A DNA stretch of 64,000 nucleotides from contig CBFDDP010000002.1 of the NCBI GenBank assembly GCA_965603595.1, forward strand, positions 847 to 64,846. The letters are read 5' to 3'. Under the pieces are notes generated by a model. It saw only the letters and a program-made list of their open reading frames with translations. It was not told where the DNA came from and did no database searches. The position numbers and the translations under genes were made by a program. The stretch comes from an uncultured bacterium. Lineage in GTDB: Bacteria > Spirochaetota > B62-G9 > DRHN01. Below are positions 29,106 through 39,415 of this stretch, one piece after another (the stretch's first letter is position 1; every line of letters starts with the position of its first letter).

Positions 29106-30191
29106 TCATTGTACGCGGCTGAGGCTTCGCTCTATCCACGCATCGGCCATTCCCTCATAACCCTCTGCATCTTTGCTCAACACGAAATATTTCACCGCCT
29201 CCTCATAATCTCTGAGATAGTAGGAGCACTGTCCGGCGTGGAATGCTGCGGACCCTCGCTCCTCCATGGTCAGATCACCCCTGCTGAGTATGGATCTGAA
29301 ATTGTCGAGTGCCCTGCCGTAGTTGCCCGTGTAGAAGTTGCTTCTCAGATTCTGTTCGATAAGCTCACAGGGTGACAATGTTCCCGCCGCCTTCCTTGGC
29401 TCTTCCACCTCCGGTTTTTCCCTGTCCTCAGGACCGGTTTCCTGCACAGGCTCCATCTCGAGCTTCCTCACGACTGTCTCACCCTCTTCGGCCTCGATGA
29501 GAAATGGTCCTGAGATGACATTTCTACCGGGAATGAGGGTTTTGTTCTCCACACCGAGCCTGTTCAGAGCGGTAATGGCCATGAACACTGGCGTGTTTTC
29601 CCGGACCCTTAATTCGAAACGCCCATCATCCCCAGTAACAGTTGCATAGGGCTCTGTATCATCCACCTTTGTGATGGGTATCATGCCTGTATAGAGATTG
29701 TAGGTATACTCATCGGTTGCCGGTATGAATTGAATGGAAAGCCGGTGCTCACCATTTTCATGATCGAGTTCTGTTATGTTAAAGGTGTCGATCACCTCGG
29801 GCAAGGGTGAAAAGTCAATAGGGCTGGTTGTGGTGTTTAGATACGGTATGAGGTCGGGGAACTCCTCAGTTACAGTGACAGCGTAGTAGAACCGGCCGTC
29901 AACCCCGGGAGAATCTTTCAGTGGGATTTCCCCGGCACTGATTTCACCGATCAGGGTCGAACGCTCAATATCCGCCTGCGATATGATCGGCTTATCAGAT
30001 CTGTACACGCGATACTGCAGCTTAGGGTCTTCAATTGGTTCGAAACTCAGGCTCACAAAGCCCTCCTCGTACTTCGGGCTTATGAGTGTGACAAACCTGT
30101 CTTTGGTGACCAATCCCTCATGGCCGATAAGCGGCAGTGCTGCAATGGAGAAGAATATGCCGATGAGCTGTAATACCCTTGGAATTTTCAT
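29106..30191 (-). CDS. Hypothetical secreted/membrane-anchored protein with a TPR-like C-terminus.
   Basis: N-terminal hydrophobic segment and no recognisable catalytic motif. The ORF is long with good codon periodicity. Confidence 0.45.
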   Translation of the reverse strand: MKIPRVLQLIGIFFSIAALPLIGHEGLVTKDRFVTLISPKYEEGFVSLSFEPIEDPKLQYRVYRSDKPIISQADIERSTLIGEISAGEIPLKDSPGVDGRFYYAVTVTEEFPDLIPYLNTTTSPIDFSPLPEVIDTFNITELDHENGEHRLSIQFIPATDEYTYNLYTGMIPITKVDDTEPYATVTGDDGRFELRVRENTPVFMAITALNRLGVENKTLIPGRNVISGPFLIEAEEGETVVRKLEMEPVQETGPEDREKPEVEEPRKAAGTLSPCELIEQNLRSNFYTGNYGRALDNFRSILSRGDLTMEERGSAAFHAGQCSYYLRDYEEAVKYFVLSKDAEGYEGMADAWIERSLSRVQ

Positions 30192-30247
30192 GAACCTGTT
30201 CCCGTACTAGCAGTATCGACAGGTCGAGCATGTTTTTTGATGGTGGG

Positions 30248-31411
30248 TTATTTTATGGCGTCCTTGATATCCTTCACTCTGTCAGTGCGTTCCCAAGTGA
30301 AAGAATCACGGCCGAAATGTCCGTATGCGGCCGTTTCACGATACACCGGTTTCCTGAGGTCGAGGGTCTCAATTATACTGTGCGGTGTGAGGTCGAATAC
30401 CTTCTTTATTGCATGAACAATCGCCTCATCCTCCACCTCACTGGTTCCATGGGTGTCAACCGTGACTGATATGGGCTCTGCGACACCGATAGCGTAGGCG
30501 AGCTGTATCTCGCACTCCGCCGCGATGCCTGCAGCAACAATATTTTTTGCAACGTATCGGGCCATGTACGCTGCACTCCTGTCAACCTTGGTCGGGTCCT
30601 TTCCGGAGAAAGCCCCGCCGCCGTGACTGCCGAAACCGCCATAGGTATCAACCATTATTTTCCTGCCTGTGAGTCCAGTATCACCATGGGGCCCCCCGAT
30701 GACGAAACGACCGGTCGGATTGATGTGGTAGGTGATCTGTTTTTCATCTATATACTTAGCAGGCACCACTTTTGTGATAACCTGCTCGATCATGTCGCGT
30801 CGGATCTCTTCATGGGTCACATCAGCGGAATGCTGTGTGGAGATGACCACTGTATCGACCCGTAAAGGTTTTCCGCCGTCATACTCAACGGTGACCTGGG
30901 ATTTCGCGTCCGGTTTGAGGTAGGTAATTTTACCTGTCTTCCGAAGGTCTGCAAGCCTGAGGAGAAGCTTGTGTGCGAGCATGATGGGGAGGGGCATCAG
31001 TTCATCAGTCTGGTTCACTGCATACCCGAACATCATTCCCTGATCGCCCGCACCTTCTTCCTTGTGGAACCCCTTGCCGCCGGTGACGCCCTGCGAAATG
31101 TCCGGTGACTGCTCATCGATGCTTGTGATGACCGAGCATGCCTCCCAGTCGAAGGCCAGTTCAGGTTCAGTATACCCAATGGATTTTATGGTACCACGCA
31201 CCACCTTTGGAATATCCACATAGGCTTCGGTTGTGAGCTCGCCTGCTACAAAGGCGAGTCCTGTGGTGACAAGCGTTTCAATGGCGACCCTGCTGTGTGG
31301 ATCTTTGTCGATGCACGCATCGAGTATGGCGTCAGACACCTGGTCGGCAATCTTGTCCGGATGGCCTTCCGACACTGATTCTGAGGTGAAGAGGTGTCGA
31401 GATTTATTCAT
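30248..31411 (-). CDS. metK: S-adenosylmethionine synthetase.
   Basis: [24 protein letters not shown], plus [16 protein letters not shown]. The ATG maps to 31411. The ORF extension to 31513 is rejected. Confidence 0.9.
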   Translation of the reverse strand: MNKSRHLFTSESVSEGHPDKIADQVSDAILDACIDKDPHSRVAIETLVTTGLAFVAGELTTEAYVDIPKVVRGTIKSIGYTEPELAFDWEACSVITSIDEQSPDISQGVTGGKGFHKEEGAGDQGMMFGYAVNQTDELMPLPIMLAHKLLLRLADLRKTGKITYLKPDAKSQVTVEYDGGKPLRVDTVVISTQHSADVTHEEIRRDMIEQVITKVVPAKYIDEKQITYHINPTGRFVIGGPHGDTGLTGRKIMVDTYGGFGSHGGGAFSGKDPTKVDRSAAYMARYVAKNIVAAGIAAECEIQLAYAIGVAEPISVTVDTHGTSEVEDEAIVHAIKKVFDLTPHSIIETLDLRKPVYRETAAYGHFGRDSFTWERTDRVKDIKDAIK

Positions 31412-31616
31412 GTGGGTATGCTCCCTGTTGACAGAGTTTTGTGAGGTGTAAAAATTATAAACAAACCTTGATTTGTCAAGACAATATTGGACAACTCCGA
31501 TATATGTGTACACGCACTGGCATAGCCCTCGAAGGACCTTTCGCTATTGCCTGCTACAGGGTGATAGACCTTGACACGGGCCCGGGTGCCTAGTACCTTT
31601 TTTTGGGTCCTCTATC

Positions 31617-32489
31617 ATGGTGCATATGAATGTTCGAGACAGACCAATAGGTATATTCGATTCCGGTATCGGCGGCTTAACTGTTGCAGCGGCCATCAAA
31701 GAGGCTCTCCCTTCTGAGGAAATCGTCTATTTCGGCGACCTCCTGCATCTTCCATACGGCTCCAAATCGAGCAGGGCTGTTCTGGATTTCACAAGGGCGG
31801 CTGTACAGTTTCTTCTGGCGAGGGCGGTTAAACTCGTTGTAATCGCCTGCAACACGGCAACCTCTGTCGCCAAGGAAAGTATTGAGCGCGAAATCGATGT
31901 TCCCGTTGTGGGGGTGATCGAGCCTGGTGCACGGGCTGCCTGTAAAGTCACGAGATCAGACCGAATCGGTGTAATCGGTACACAGAGGACAATTGCGAGC
32001 AATGCCTACCGGGATGCGATTCATGTATTTGATCCCGGGATGTCAGTTTATCAGAAAGCCACGCCTCTTCTCGTGCCACTTATCGAGGAAGGCTGGCAGT
32101 CCCATCCTGTTATGCAGATGGTGCTCTCAGAATACCTGAAGGACTTCGCTGATGGGGGAGTTGATACAGTGGTGCTTGGATGTACACATTATCCTCTGAT
32201 AAAATCGGAGGTACAGGATATATTGAAGGGTGTGCAGGTTGTCGATTCAGCAGACACCACGGTCCAGGCGATTATCAGCATCATGAGAGATGCTGGTATT
32301 CAGCGTGAAAACCCGCCGGGGTTTACAGAGAAGAAGGGCTCCTATGAAATCTATCTGACAGACTATACTGATGTGTTCAAGTCAATGGGGGAGCAGATAC
32401 TCGGCAGGGCGCTCGATGATTTGAGCATTATTACCCTGAACTGGACGGAAGGGAAGATCAACTACCACGTACCCCTGAAACAGCTGTAA
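31617..32489 (+). CDS. murI: Glutamate racemase.
   Basis: IGIFDSGIGGLTV and VIACNTAT motifs. 290 aa. Confidence 0.9.
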   Translation: MVHMNVRDRPIGIFDSGIGGLTVAAAIKEALPSEEIVYFGDLLHLPYGSKSSRAVLDFTRAAVQFLLARAVKLVVIACNTATSVAKESIEREIDVPVVGVIEPGARAACKVTRSDRIGVIGTQRTIASNAYRDAIHVFDPGMSVYQKATPLLVPLIEEGWQSHPVMQMVLSEYLKDFADGGVDTVVLGCTHYPLIKSEVQDILKGVQVVDSADTTVQAIISIMRDAGIQRENPPGFTEKKGSYEIYLTDYTDVFKSMGEQILGRALDDLSIITLNWTEGKINYHVPLKQL

Positions 32490-32508
32490 GGAGTAAAGAG
32501 GAGACGGT

Positions 32509-33501
32509 ATGAGGACGATACAAAGGTTGGCTGTCGCAGCCGGCGTCTCTATGTGCGTTGTGACCCTTGCGGTCACAACCGCTAGGGCAGAGATCATTAA
32601 TGGAATCGCCTGTAAGGTGGGCAGGGATATCATCACGGTCAATGAATTCAACAACACCTATGAGCAGCTAAAGGCGAGGGCATATATGTTTGGCATGCCC
32701 GTTCCCGGCAGGCAGGAGGTGATGGATGGGCTCATAGAAAACCTCCTCATCAAACGTGAAGCTGAGAGGAGGGGGCTCGTTGTGTCGGAGAGTGAGCTCG
32801 ATGAGATCATTAACAATATAAAAGAGCAGGGAAATATCAGCGATGAAGAGTTTCAGGCCCAGCTCCGCCAGGAGGGGTTGACGGAGGAGGAACTCCGCGA
32901 CCATTTCAGATCTGAACGTCTTAGGGACCGCCTTGTCAATTTATTCATATCGGGGAGCGATTATGGTATTTCGGAGAAGGAACTGAAAGATTTCTATGAG
33001 GACCCGGCAAACCGACGTCTCTTTGCGACCCCGGGCACGGTCACACTTGCCCAGATCTACATTCCCGTGCCCAACGAACTGAGCTATCAGGAGGCCCTCG
33101 AGCTCAAGGAACGGGCCAACATGATCTCAGAAGAGGCACAGAGCGGTAAGAGTTTCGAAGAACTCGTTATGCAGTATTCGGCTGCTGCGAACAAGGAAAG
33201 AAACCGGGGGAATCTTGGGTCCTTTACGGAGGAACAGTTGCTCTCATTCATGAATCCGCAGGATGTGAATCTCATATTTTCTATGGAAAAGGGAGATGTT
33301 ACCCCACCAATAAGGATGCAGGACGGTTACTACATATTCAGGATCAATGACATTGTCGAGGCCAAGCAGCTCTCCTATGAGGAATCACAGGAAAGGATAC
33401 AGAGCTTCCTCCTGAAACTGAAGGGCGAGAAGAGACTGGAAACCTGGCTGGATGAAGAGAGAGTTGCGACGAGAATTGAGATCGTCATGGAAATGGAGTA
33501 G
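32509..33501 (+). CDS. SurA/PrsA-like periplasmic peptidyl-prolyl isomerase (parvulin/PpiC domain) with a signal peptide.
   Basis: N-terminal signal sequence, SurA-N-like helical region and a rotamase-like C-terminal half. Confidence 0.6.
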   Translation: MRTIQRLAVAAGVSMCVVTLAVTTARAEIINGIACKVGRDIITVNEFNNTYEQLKARAYMFGMPVPGRQEVMDGLIENLLIKREAERRGLVVSESELDEIINNIKEQGNISDEEFQAQLRQEGLTEEELRDHFRSERLRDRLVNLFISGSDYGISEKELKDFYEDPANRRLFATPGTVTLAQIYIPVPNELSYQEALELKERANMISEEAQSGKSFEELVMQYSAAANKERNRGNLGSFTEEQLLSFMNPQDVNLIFSMEKGDVTPPIRMQDGYYIFRINDIVEAKQLSYEESQERIQSFLLKLKGEKRLETWLDEERVATRIEIVMEME

Positions 33502-33504
33502 CGG

Positions 33505-33930
33505 TTGGGTTCACGGAGAAGTGCACGTATTATAGCGCTTCAGACTCTTTATCAGATCGATATGAGCGGTGTGCATAGGGATGAAATTCTTACATTTGAC
33601 TGGCTCGATAAGAAGTATGATGATGCCACCATTGATTTTGCCCGCCGCCTTGTGCAAGGTACGATCAACGACCTGCGCAAAATCGATGATCACATCAAGA
33701 GACAGCTCGAGCATTGGGACCTGGACCGTGTGTCCTATGTTGACCGGGCGATCCTGAGATTCTCCACCTATTCACTCTTCTCTCAGAATGATGTGCCCGA
33801 TACGGTCATCATCAATGAGGCTATCGACATTGCAAAGATTTTTGGATCCGATGACTCCTACCGGTTTGTCAATGGAGTTCTGGACGGTATACGAAAGGAA
33901 AAAAACAGGGAGAAAGAAGGGCTTGTGTGA
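33505..33930 (+). CDS. nusB: Transcription antitermination factor NusB.
   Basis: RRSARIIALQTLYQID is the NusB signature N-terminus. 141 aa. Confidence 0.9.
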   Translation: MGSRRSARIIALQTLYQIDMSGVHRDEILTFDWLDKKYDDATIDFARRLVQGTINDLRKIDDHIKRQLEHWDLDRVSYVDRAILRFSTYSLFSQNDVPDTVIINEAIDIAKIFGSDDSYRFVNGVLDGIRKEKNREKEGLV

Positions 33931-35780
33931 ACCCTTTTAAGGATATGGGGAAACGCACCCGCAAGGCTATTGGTTACGCGGTCGTTGCCTCTCTTATCGG
34001 ACTGGGCATTCTCACCTATTTCATTCTGCAAAACCGCATAGTTCCATCTTCCCCCCCTCAGCGCGAAAGAGCGGATACATCTCTGCAGGACGGCATTAAC
34101 CATTACAGGCAGGGAGAATACGAGCAGTCCCGGTTGTTCCTCATAAACGTGGTCGATGCGTCTTGGGATCGAAGGACGAAAAGTACCGCTGCTCTGTACC
34201 TCGGCAATATCTCCTATCGAAAAGGCGACTATGAAGACGCAATCCACTGGTATGGGGAATCATTTCATTTCGATGATGAAAACATGTTTGCTTATTACAA
34301 TGCGGCACTGGTGTCTTCAAAAACAGGTAATCTCCAGAAGGCGTTGAGATACGCCAAAGGTGCCGCCCAACTCTGGGGTGATGACTCGCGCGCGGGCCTC
34401 CTTCTCGCCAATATATACTTCAGCATGGGACGCCTTGGGAGGGCCTCACAACACTACATGAAATTAACGTATGAGAAGGGTATCTCGCAGTACAACCTTT
34501 CCCTGACACTGCTATGTGAGGGAAAGAGACCTGAAGCGCTTGATATACTGCAAACCATCGCCTCCGATCAGAACACAGATGTACTCATGAGAGCGCTGAG
34601 CTCCTATACCGCCGCAACGGTCGGATCTGATATGTATGATGGGGTTCCGGCCCTGCCCGCCAAAGAGGCTTCTGACCATATGGAACAGGCCTTTCTCATT
34701 TTCGATGCACACCCCGCGGTAAATTATAACCGTGCCCTCCTGTTCCTTCGTGAAAGAAGGCATGATGAGGCCATCGATCTGCTGCGCTCACGGGCGACCG
34801 GTTCTGAACATACACTGCTTCTAGGCTATGCGCTGTATCAGTATGGTGACTACCGTAAGGCATTGCAAATCTGGGAGGAACTGTACGAAGAGAATGATGA
34901 GGATGATGGCCGGATTGCCCATGTATTGGGAGATATTCATTACCATCTCAGCAACTACCGTTCCGCCGCAACATATTATCAGGTGGCTGTACGCAGCGGA
35001 CACGCTGTGGGAGCCTATGGCAATCTTGTATATACCTATGTGCAGATGGGAGAATATGAGCAGGCCTTTCAGGCATGCGATGCATACGCTGAAGCGGCCG
35101 TAGATGATGTAAAACCCTTACTCTGCCTTGCAGACCTATATTTTTACACAGGTCACCAAAAACAAGCCATGGACACGCTCGAAAATGCGGTCAGGCTCAT
35201 CGGTGATGATGAAGATGGACTCGAGAGGGTTGCTGCACTCTACGCACGACACGGTATGTATAACAGTGCCCTCCGCCAGTATGTGCGAATTCTCTCCGAG
35301 CAGTCCGACCGCAGCGACATACACGGGAGAATCGCAGAGATATACCTGCGTACCGGGCATGCTGCCCGGGCTCGCGATGAGCTCGAATTGCTTCTGCAGA
35401 ATGAACAGAACAGTGATATACTGTACAGAACTTCCATACTCCTTGCCGGGGTAGAGGGGGGAGCTGAAGCGAGAGAACGGTTGGACCGATTGGTCCTGGA
35501 TTTTCCAGACCGTTATGAGGCCTACTACAATACCGCTGTTCTGCTCTTCCAGGAGGGTGAGTATGGGGAAACACTGGAGATTATTGACGGGTATCTGGAA
35601 AGTGAGGGGGAACTCGATGGCAAAGCTGCCTCGCTCATGCACACCCTTTCGGGTGTTGCCAGCGCCCGGCTCGGCATGAAGGACAGGGCGGCTGTCCTCT
35701 TTTCGAAAGCTGTAGAGCTCGATGAGGATAATGAGCTCGCTGTCATTAATCTGAAGCTGGTTCAGGAATACCCATTTTAG
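33927..35780 (+). CDS. Membrane-anchored tetratricopeptide-repeat protein.
   Basis: One N-terminal TM helix followed by more than 10 TPR-like repeats. No enzymatic motif. Confidence 0.55.
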   Translation: MNPFKDMGKRTRKAIGYAVVASLIGLGILTYFILQNRIVPSSPPQRERADTSLQDGINHYRQGEYEQSRLFLINVVDASWDRRTKSTAALYLGNISYRKGDYEDAIHWYGESFHFDDENMFAYYNAALVSSKTGNLQKALRYAKGAAQLWGDDSRAGLLLANIYFSMGRLGRASQHYMKLTYEKGISQYNLSLTLLCEGKRPEALDILQTIASDQNTDVLMRALSSYTAATVGSDMYDGVPALPAKEASDHMEQAFLIFDAHPAVNYNRALLFLRERRHDEAIDLLRSRATGSEHTLLLGYALYQYGDYRKALQIWEELYEENDEDDGRIAHVLGDIHYHLSNYRSAATYYQVAVRSGHAVGAYGNLVYTYVQMGEYEQAFQACDAYAEAAVDDVKPLLCLADLYFYTGHQKQAMDTLENAVRLIGDDEDGLERVAALYARHGMYNSALRQYVRILSEQSDRSDIHGRIAEIYLRTGHAARARDELELLLQNEQNSDILYRTSILLAGVEGGAEARERLDRLVLDFPDRYEAYYNTAVLLFQEGEYGETLEIIDGYLESEGELDGKAASLMHTLSGVASARLGMKDRAAVLFSKAVELDEDNELAVINLKLVQEYPF

Positions 35781-35984
35781 GCCCTTGTTCAAACTTCTGG
35801 GCTCTGCTATACTAATGAGGAGTAATGTGTATCATATATGGTTAGCCACTGACGATACTTAAAATATGAGGGCTGCCACGTGCATCTGTAGCAGAGGGGA
35901 AGGTTTACCCTGCAGGGTACAGATACCCTTAGGGGCACAGAGGCCTGTAAGAAGCCGCGTGTCAATCTCTGAGAAGCTTTCATT

Positions 35985-38381
35985 ATGAAGATCAACACTA
36001 AGAAAAAAATCAACCTCAGTGCAGAAAGCAAGAACCTGATCAAGGTGCGTGACTTTGTGGTGAAGTATGGCCGCAAGATGGGCCTTCTCCCAAAGCAGGT
36101 GAGTGAAGTGAAGCTTGCGGTCGACGAGGCGGTGTCGAACATCATCCGCCATGCCTACGGTGGTGGGAGGGGTAATTTCCAGGTCGAGATGACAAAATTC
36201 GAAAGTGCCGTGGAATTGAAGATCATTGATCAGGGAGTTGAGTTTGACTGGTATTCAGTCCTGGAACCCGACCTTTACAAGTATGTGGAGACGAGGCGAA
36301 AGGGTGGCCTGGGGATCTGGCTCATAAAGAAACTCATCGATGAGGTGGAGTATAAGAGGCTCGAGAACAACAATATCCTTACCATGAAGATATACATCGA
36401 TGAGGTGGTCGCCAAAGAGTTCGCCCGTGAGGTCCGGGGGCGGTTCAGCATCAGGATACGCTATGCGGTCTACGCGCTTGGTATGGTTGGTATCATAGTA
36501 TTAACGGCCTTTATTATTGGAAGCAGGGTGCAGAGCACCATTATTGAGAAAAGGTTGAATGAACGCTACGAATCGGTAACCAGACAGGTTTCGGAAACTG
36601 CGTCCGACCTCATTCTCGACGGCGATGATCTTGCCCTTGCAAACCTGGCAGTCTCGGTCCGCCAGAATGACAACACCCTTGGGTATGTCATTGTCACGGA
36701 TACGGATAATCTGATACTTGCCCACACCGATGTGAAGCGAATATACACAACCTACAATAAGCCCTCCGGGATTTTGGATAATGCAGTGTTCGAACTGAGG
36801 GAAGTCGAGTACAGAAGTGCAGGGAGTACGGCCAGATTCAAGCACTTTGCTGCACGTGTGGTATATGTAAACACTGCAGAGGGACAGTCGAGAAATCTCG
36901 GGGAAGTGCACATCGGAATCGACCAGAATGTGTTCCTCCAGAGAATCGACGCTGCAAAGGAAAACACAAGGGTGGCCCTCATAGCCGTGTTCTTTGGAGG
37001 TACGACCATCATCGGGGTCATCCTTATCGGCTCCACCTTCATCTCTCCAATCACCAAGCTTGCCGATGAAATCTCCCGTATCAGTGCCACCGGGCAGGCC
37101 CGTGAGCTGAGCTTCGCAACGAGGAACCCGGAGGTAGGCAGGATTGGTCAGGCTTTCAACGAGATCATGCGCAATCTGCGCATGACGCAGGGTCAGCTTA
37201 CCGACCAGACACGTCTGCGGCGCGAACTGCAGCTCGCTCAGGAGATACAGAATGCCCTTCTGCCCAAGCAGGTGCCGACCCTGGATGGGTTTGACATAGA
37301 TGCTGCCTACCGGGCCGCTCTGGAGGTGGGTGGTGACTACTACGATTTCTTCGAGGTGGACAAAAATTCCATCGGCATCGTGGTTGCCGACGTTTCTGGT
37401 AAGGGAATCGGAAGTTCGATGGTCATGACCATGATCAGGACTTCCATGCGTCTGGAGGCACGCGGGAACAAACGTGCGTCCTTTGTGCTCGACAAGGTGA
37501 ACCGTATCGCAGTGGAGGATATCAAAAAGGGCATGTACGTCACCATGTACTATGTAATCCTCGATGCCAAGAAGCGCATCGTGAATTACGCAAGTGCCGG
37601 GCACAACCCCATGATTATTTACCGGAGTGATACGAAAACGGTGAGCTTCCTCAATCCCGTGGGTATAGCTGTGGGCATCGACCTGGGGAACACCGACGAG
37701 TTCAAGAAGCGTATCACCAGTGAGAAGCTGAAGCTGAAAAAGGGGGATCTGTTATTTATCTATACGGACGGCATCACCGAGGCGATGGACGAGAAACGCG
37801 AACAGTTTGGGGAGAATCGGCTCATTGACTTCATACAGCAATACGCGCATCTGCCCGCAAGTGAGTTCAAGGCGAAGCTGAACGAGGAGCTCACCGCCTT
37901 TACCAAGGGCTATCCGCAGAGCGATGATATCACCTTCGTTGTCATCAAGCTCGAGATGAGCCCGGCCGAGATCAGGCAGGCCAAGATACTCCGTCTCTTT
38001 GAGCTGCTCGAGGAGGAAGTTCCCCTTGACGATGTCCTCGAGCAGACTGGTATCTCCCATGAGGAGTATCAGGAACTCAATGAGAAACGGGAGCAGCTCG
38101 GTGACGAGGCGATCAAGGTTGTGGCGGAGGAGGAAAAGGAGGAGGCAGAGCTGGGCCATGCGTCGCACGAACAGGTCAAGCTGCTTACCCAGATCATACG
38201 GCAGAATCCCGAGTACGGGGTGACGCGGTTGACAAACCTCCTGAACAGCGAGGAGTACGGGTCACAGGGCGTGAAGGAGAGTGTGGTCAAGAGGGAGCTC
38301 GTGCGTATGAAGCTCGATAGTCGGGAGAAGCGCGAGGCCTTTTCCAAGCGTGAGCTTCCCACCTGGGCTTCCTACAAGTAG
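35985..38381 (+). CDS. Fusion protein: RsbW/SpoIIAB-like anti-sigma Ser kinase domain (HATPase_c_2), TM, sensor, TM, HAMP, PP2C/SpoIIE Ser phosphatase, and a C-terminal acidic helical extension.
   Basis: N-terminus AVDEAVSNIIRHAY...GGLGIWLIKKLIDEVEY (kinase). Two TM helices flanking a ~150-aa segment. HAMP (TKLADEISRISATGQ...). PP2C motifs DVSGKGIGSSMVMT and YTDGITEAMDE. 798 aa. Confidence 0.8.
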   Translation: MKINTKKKINLSAESKNLIKVRDFVVKYGRKMGLLPKQVSEVKLAVDEAVSNIIRHAYGGGRGNFQVEMTKFESAVELKIIDQGVEFDWYSVLEPDLYKYVETRRKGGLGIWLIKKLIDEVEYKRLENNNILTMKIYIDEVVAKEFAREVRGRFSIRIRYAVYALGMVGIIVLTAFIIGSRVQSTIIEKRLNERYESVTRQVSETASDLILDGDDLALANLAVSVRQNDNTLGYVIVTDTDNLILAHTDVKRIYTTYNKPSGILDNAVFELREVEYRSAGSTARFKHFAARVVYVNTAEGQSRNLGEVHIGIDQNVFLQRIDAAKENTRVALIAVFFGGTTIIGVILIGSTFISPITKLADEISRISATGQARELSFATRNPEVGRIGQAFNEIMRNLRMTQGQLTDQTRLRRELQLAQEIQNALLPKQVPTLDGFDIDAAYRAALEVGGDYYDFFEVDKNSIGIVVADVSGKGIGSSMVMTMIRTSMRLEARGNKRASFVLDKVNRIAVEDIKKGMYVTMYYVILDAKKRIVNYASAGHNPMIIYRSDTKTVSFLNPVGIAVGIDLGNTDEFKKRITSEKLKLKKGDLLFIYTDGITEAMDEKREQFGENRLIDFIQQYAHLPASEFKAKLNEELTAFTKGYPQSDDITFVVIKLEMSPAEIRQAKILRLFELLEEEVPLDDVLEQTGISHEEYQELNEKREQLGDEAIKVVAEEEKEEAELGHASHEQVKLLTQIIRQNPEYGVTRLTNLLNSEEYGSQGVKESVVKRELVRMKLDSREKREAFSKRELPTWASYK

Positions 38382-38640
38382 GGATAATGCGTTGTATGTG
38401 AACTTTTCAGTTGCTTTTCAATTTCGGTTTGGAGTACAATTATTCTATGTATAGTAAATAATGACGCATCATGAAGCCTTTTTCATTTTTTTATCTGAGA
38501 ATAAGGGTTATGTTGATGGGTGCCTTGTTACGCGATGCTGCGAAAATACAGGGCTGCCTATAAATTCACTATGTTCAAGTGGCGATATATACTATATTGA
38601 GTCGAAGCGATAGAGCTTCCGAGGTACTGAGGAGGAGTGG

Positions 38641-39351
38641 ATGCCAGATATTCAGGTTGATGTCAGATACGACGGTGACAGCGATGAGATAGCCATTATC
38701 GATGCGAAGGGTTTCATCGACACCACCACTGCTCCCGAGCTCGAGAAGAAGCTCGAAGAGCAGTTGGCACTTAATAAATACAGGATAGTCGTGAATCTTG
38801 AAAATATCGACTACGTGAGCAGTGCAGGATGGGGTGTTTTCGTTTCTGAGATCCGGGAAATTCGGGAGAACAGCGGTGACCTCGTTCTTGTGAACATGTC
38901 TCCCGATGTGTATGATGTCTATGAGCTCATGGAGTTTTCATCCATACTGAAGTCCTACGACAGTGTGGAAGAGGCTATTGCAGGTTTCACAGGTAAGGAG
39001 TTCAAGAAGGAGGAGCCGAAACTTGCACCTGGGCCAGCTCTCCCACCGAGGCCTGAGCCTGTACAACCCCAAGTGCAACCAGAGCAGCAGGCGCCTGCCC
39101 AGACCGCACAGCCACAGGCTACATCGGGTACCGATGTCTATTCCTATGCTCAGAGTGAACTCGGCAAACGTATCATACATATCATCGTCGATAATCCCTA
39201 CTACAAAGTGAAGGAGATCGCAAAGGCACTAAGGCTCCCCAACTACGGTGGTATGAAGGTGGGCGGTGGTGCCGTTAAAAAAGAATTGAAGAGCATGGGA
39301 TTGTCAGACAAACAGCAGCGTTTTGAGCTCGCTTTGAAGGGACGCGGCTAA
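38641..39351 (+). CDS. STAS-domain anti-sigma-factor antagonist (SpoIIAA/RsbV-like) with a Pro/Gln-rich linker and an extra ~60-aa C-terminal domain (possible helix-turn-helix).
   Basis: STAS fold with the phosphorylatable Ser motif IDYVSSAGWG. Linker PGPALPPRPEPVQPQVQPEQQAPAQTAQPQ. C-terminus RIIHIIVDNPYYKVKEIAKALRLP. Confidence 0.8.
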   Translation: MPDIQVDVRYDGDSDEIAIIDAKGFIDTTTAPELEKKLEEQLALNKYRIVVNLENIDYVSSAGWGVFVSEIREIRENSGDLVLVNMSPDVYDVYELMEFSSILKSYDSVEEAIAGFTGKEFKKEEPKLAPGPALPPRPEPVQPQVQPEQQAPAQTAQPQATSGTDVYSYAQSELGKRIIHIIVDNPYYKVKEIAKALRLPNYGGMKVGGGAVKKELKSMGLSDKQQRFELALKGRG

Positions 39352-39415
39352 TCCAGGCCTATTTAGCCACCCTATCCACAGTGCAACAAAAACTTCAGAA
39401 TAGCGGGTGAGAAGC

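Noticed and set aside
31412-31616. Looked for a SAM-I (S-box) riboswitch in the metK 5' leader, and for any riboswitch ahead of murI.
   Set aside because: None of the conserved S-box elements could be found on the minus strand. I saw only possible TTGACA/TATAAT promoter hexamers and a weak imperfect hairpin.
36501-37604. A 367-aa ORF on the minus strand, plus other long antisense ORFs (42367-43428, 49393-50409, 58076-58888, 5786-6271, 8690-9220).
   Set aside because: Each lies entirely antisense to a well-supported motif-rich gene (PP2C, PilZ/bactofilin, DinG, mutS, trpB2, ligA). They have no RBS and low-complexity Arg/Ser/Pro-rich translations typical of GC-skewed shadow frames.
38382-38640. 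Looked for a sigma-28 (FliA)-like promoter (TAAA-N15-GCCGATAA) upstream of the STAS gene.
   Set aside because: The best match is TAAATTCA...GCGATATA with a 17-nt spacing and a mismatched -10. That is not close enough to call.
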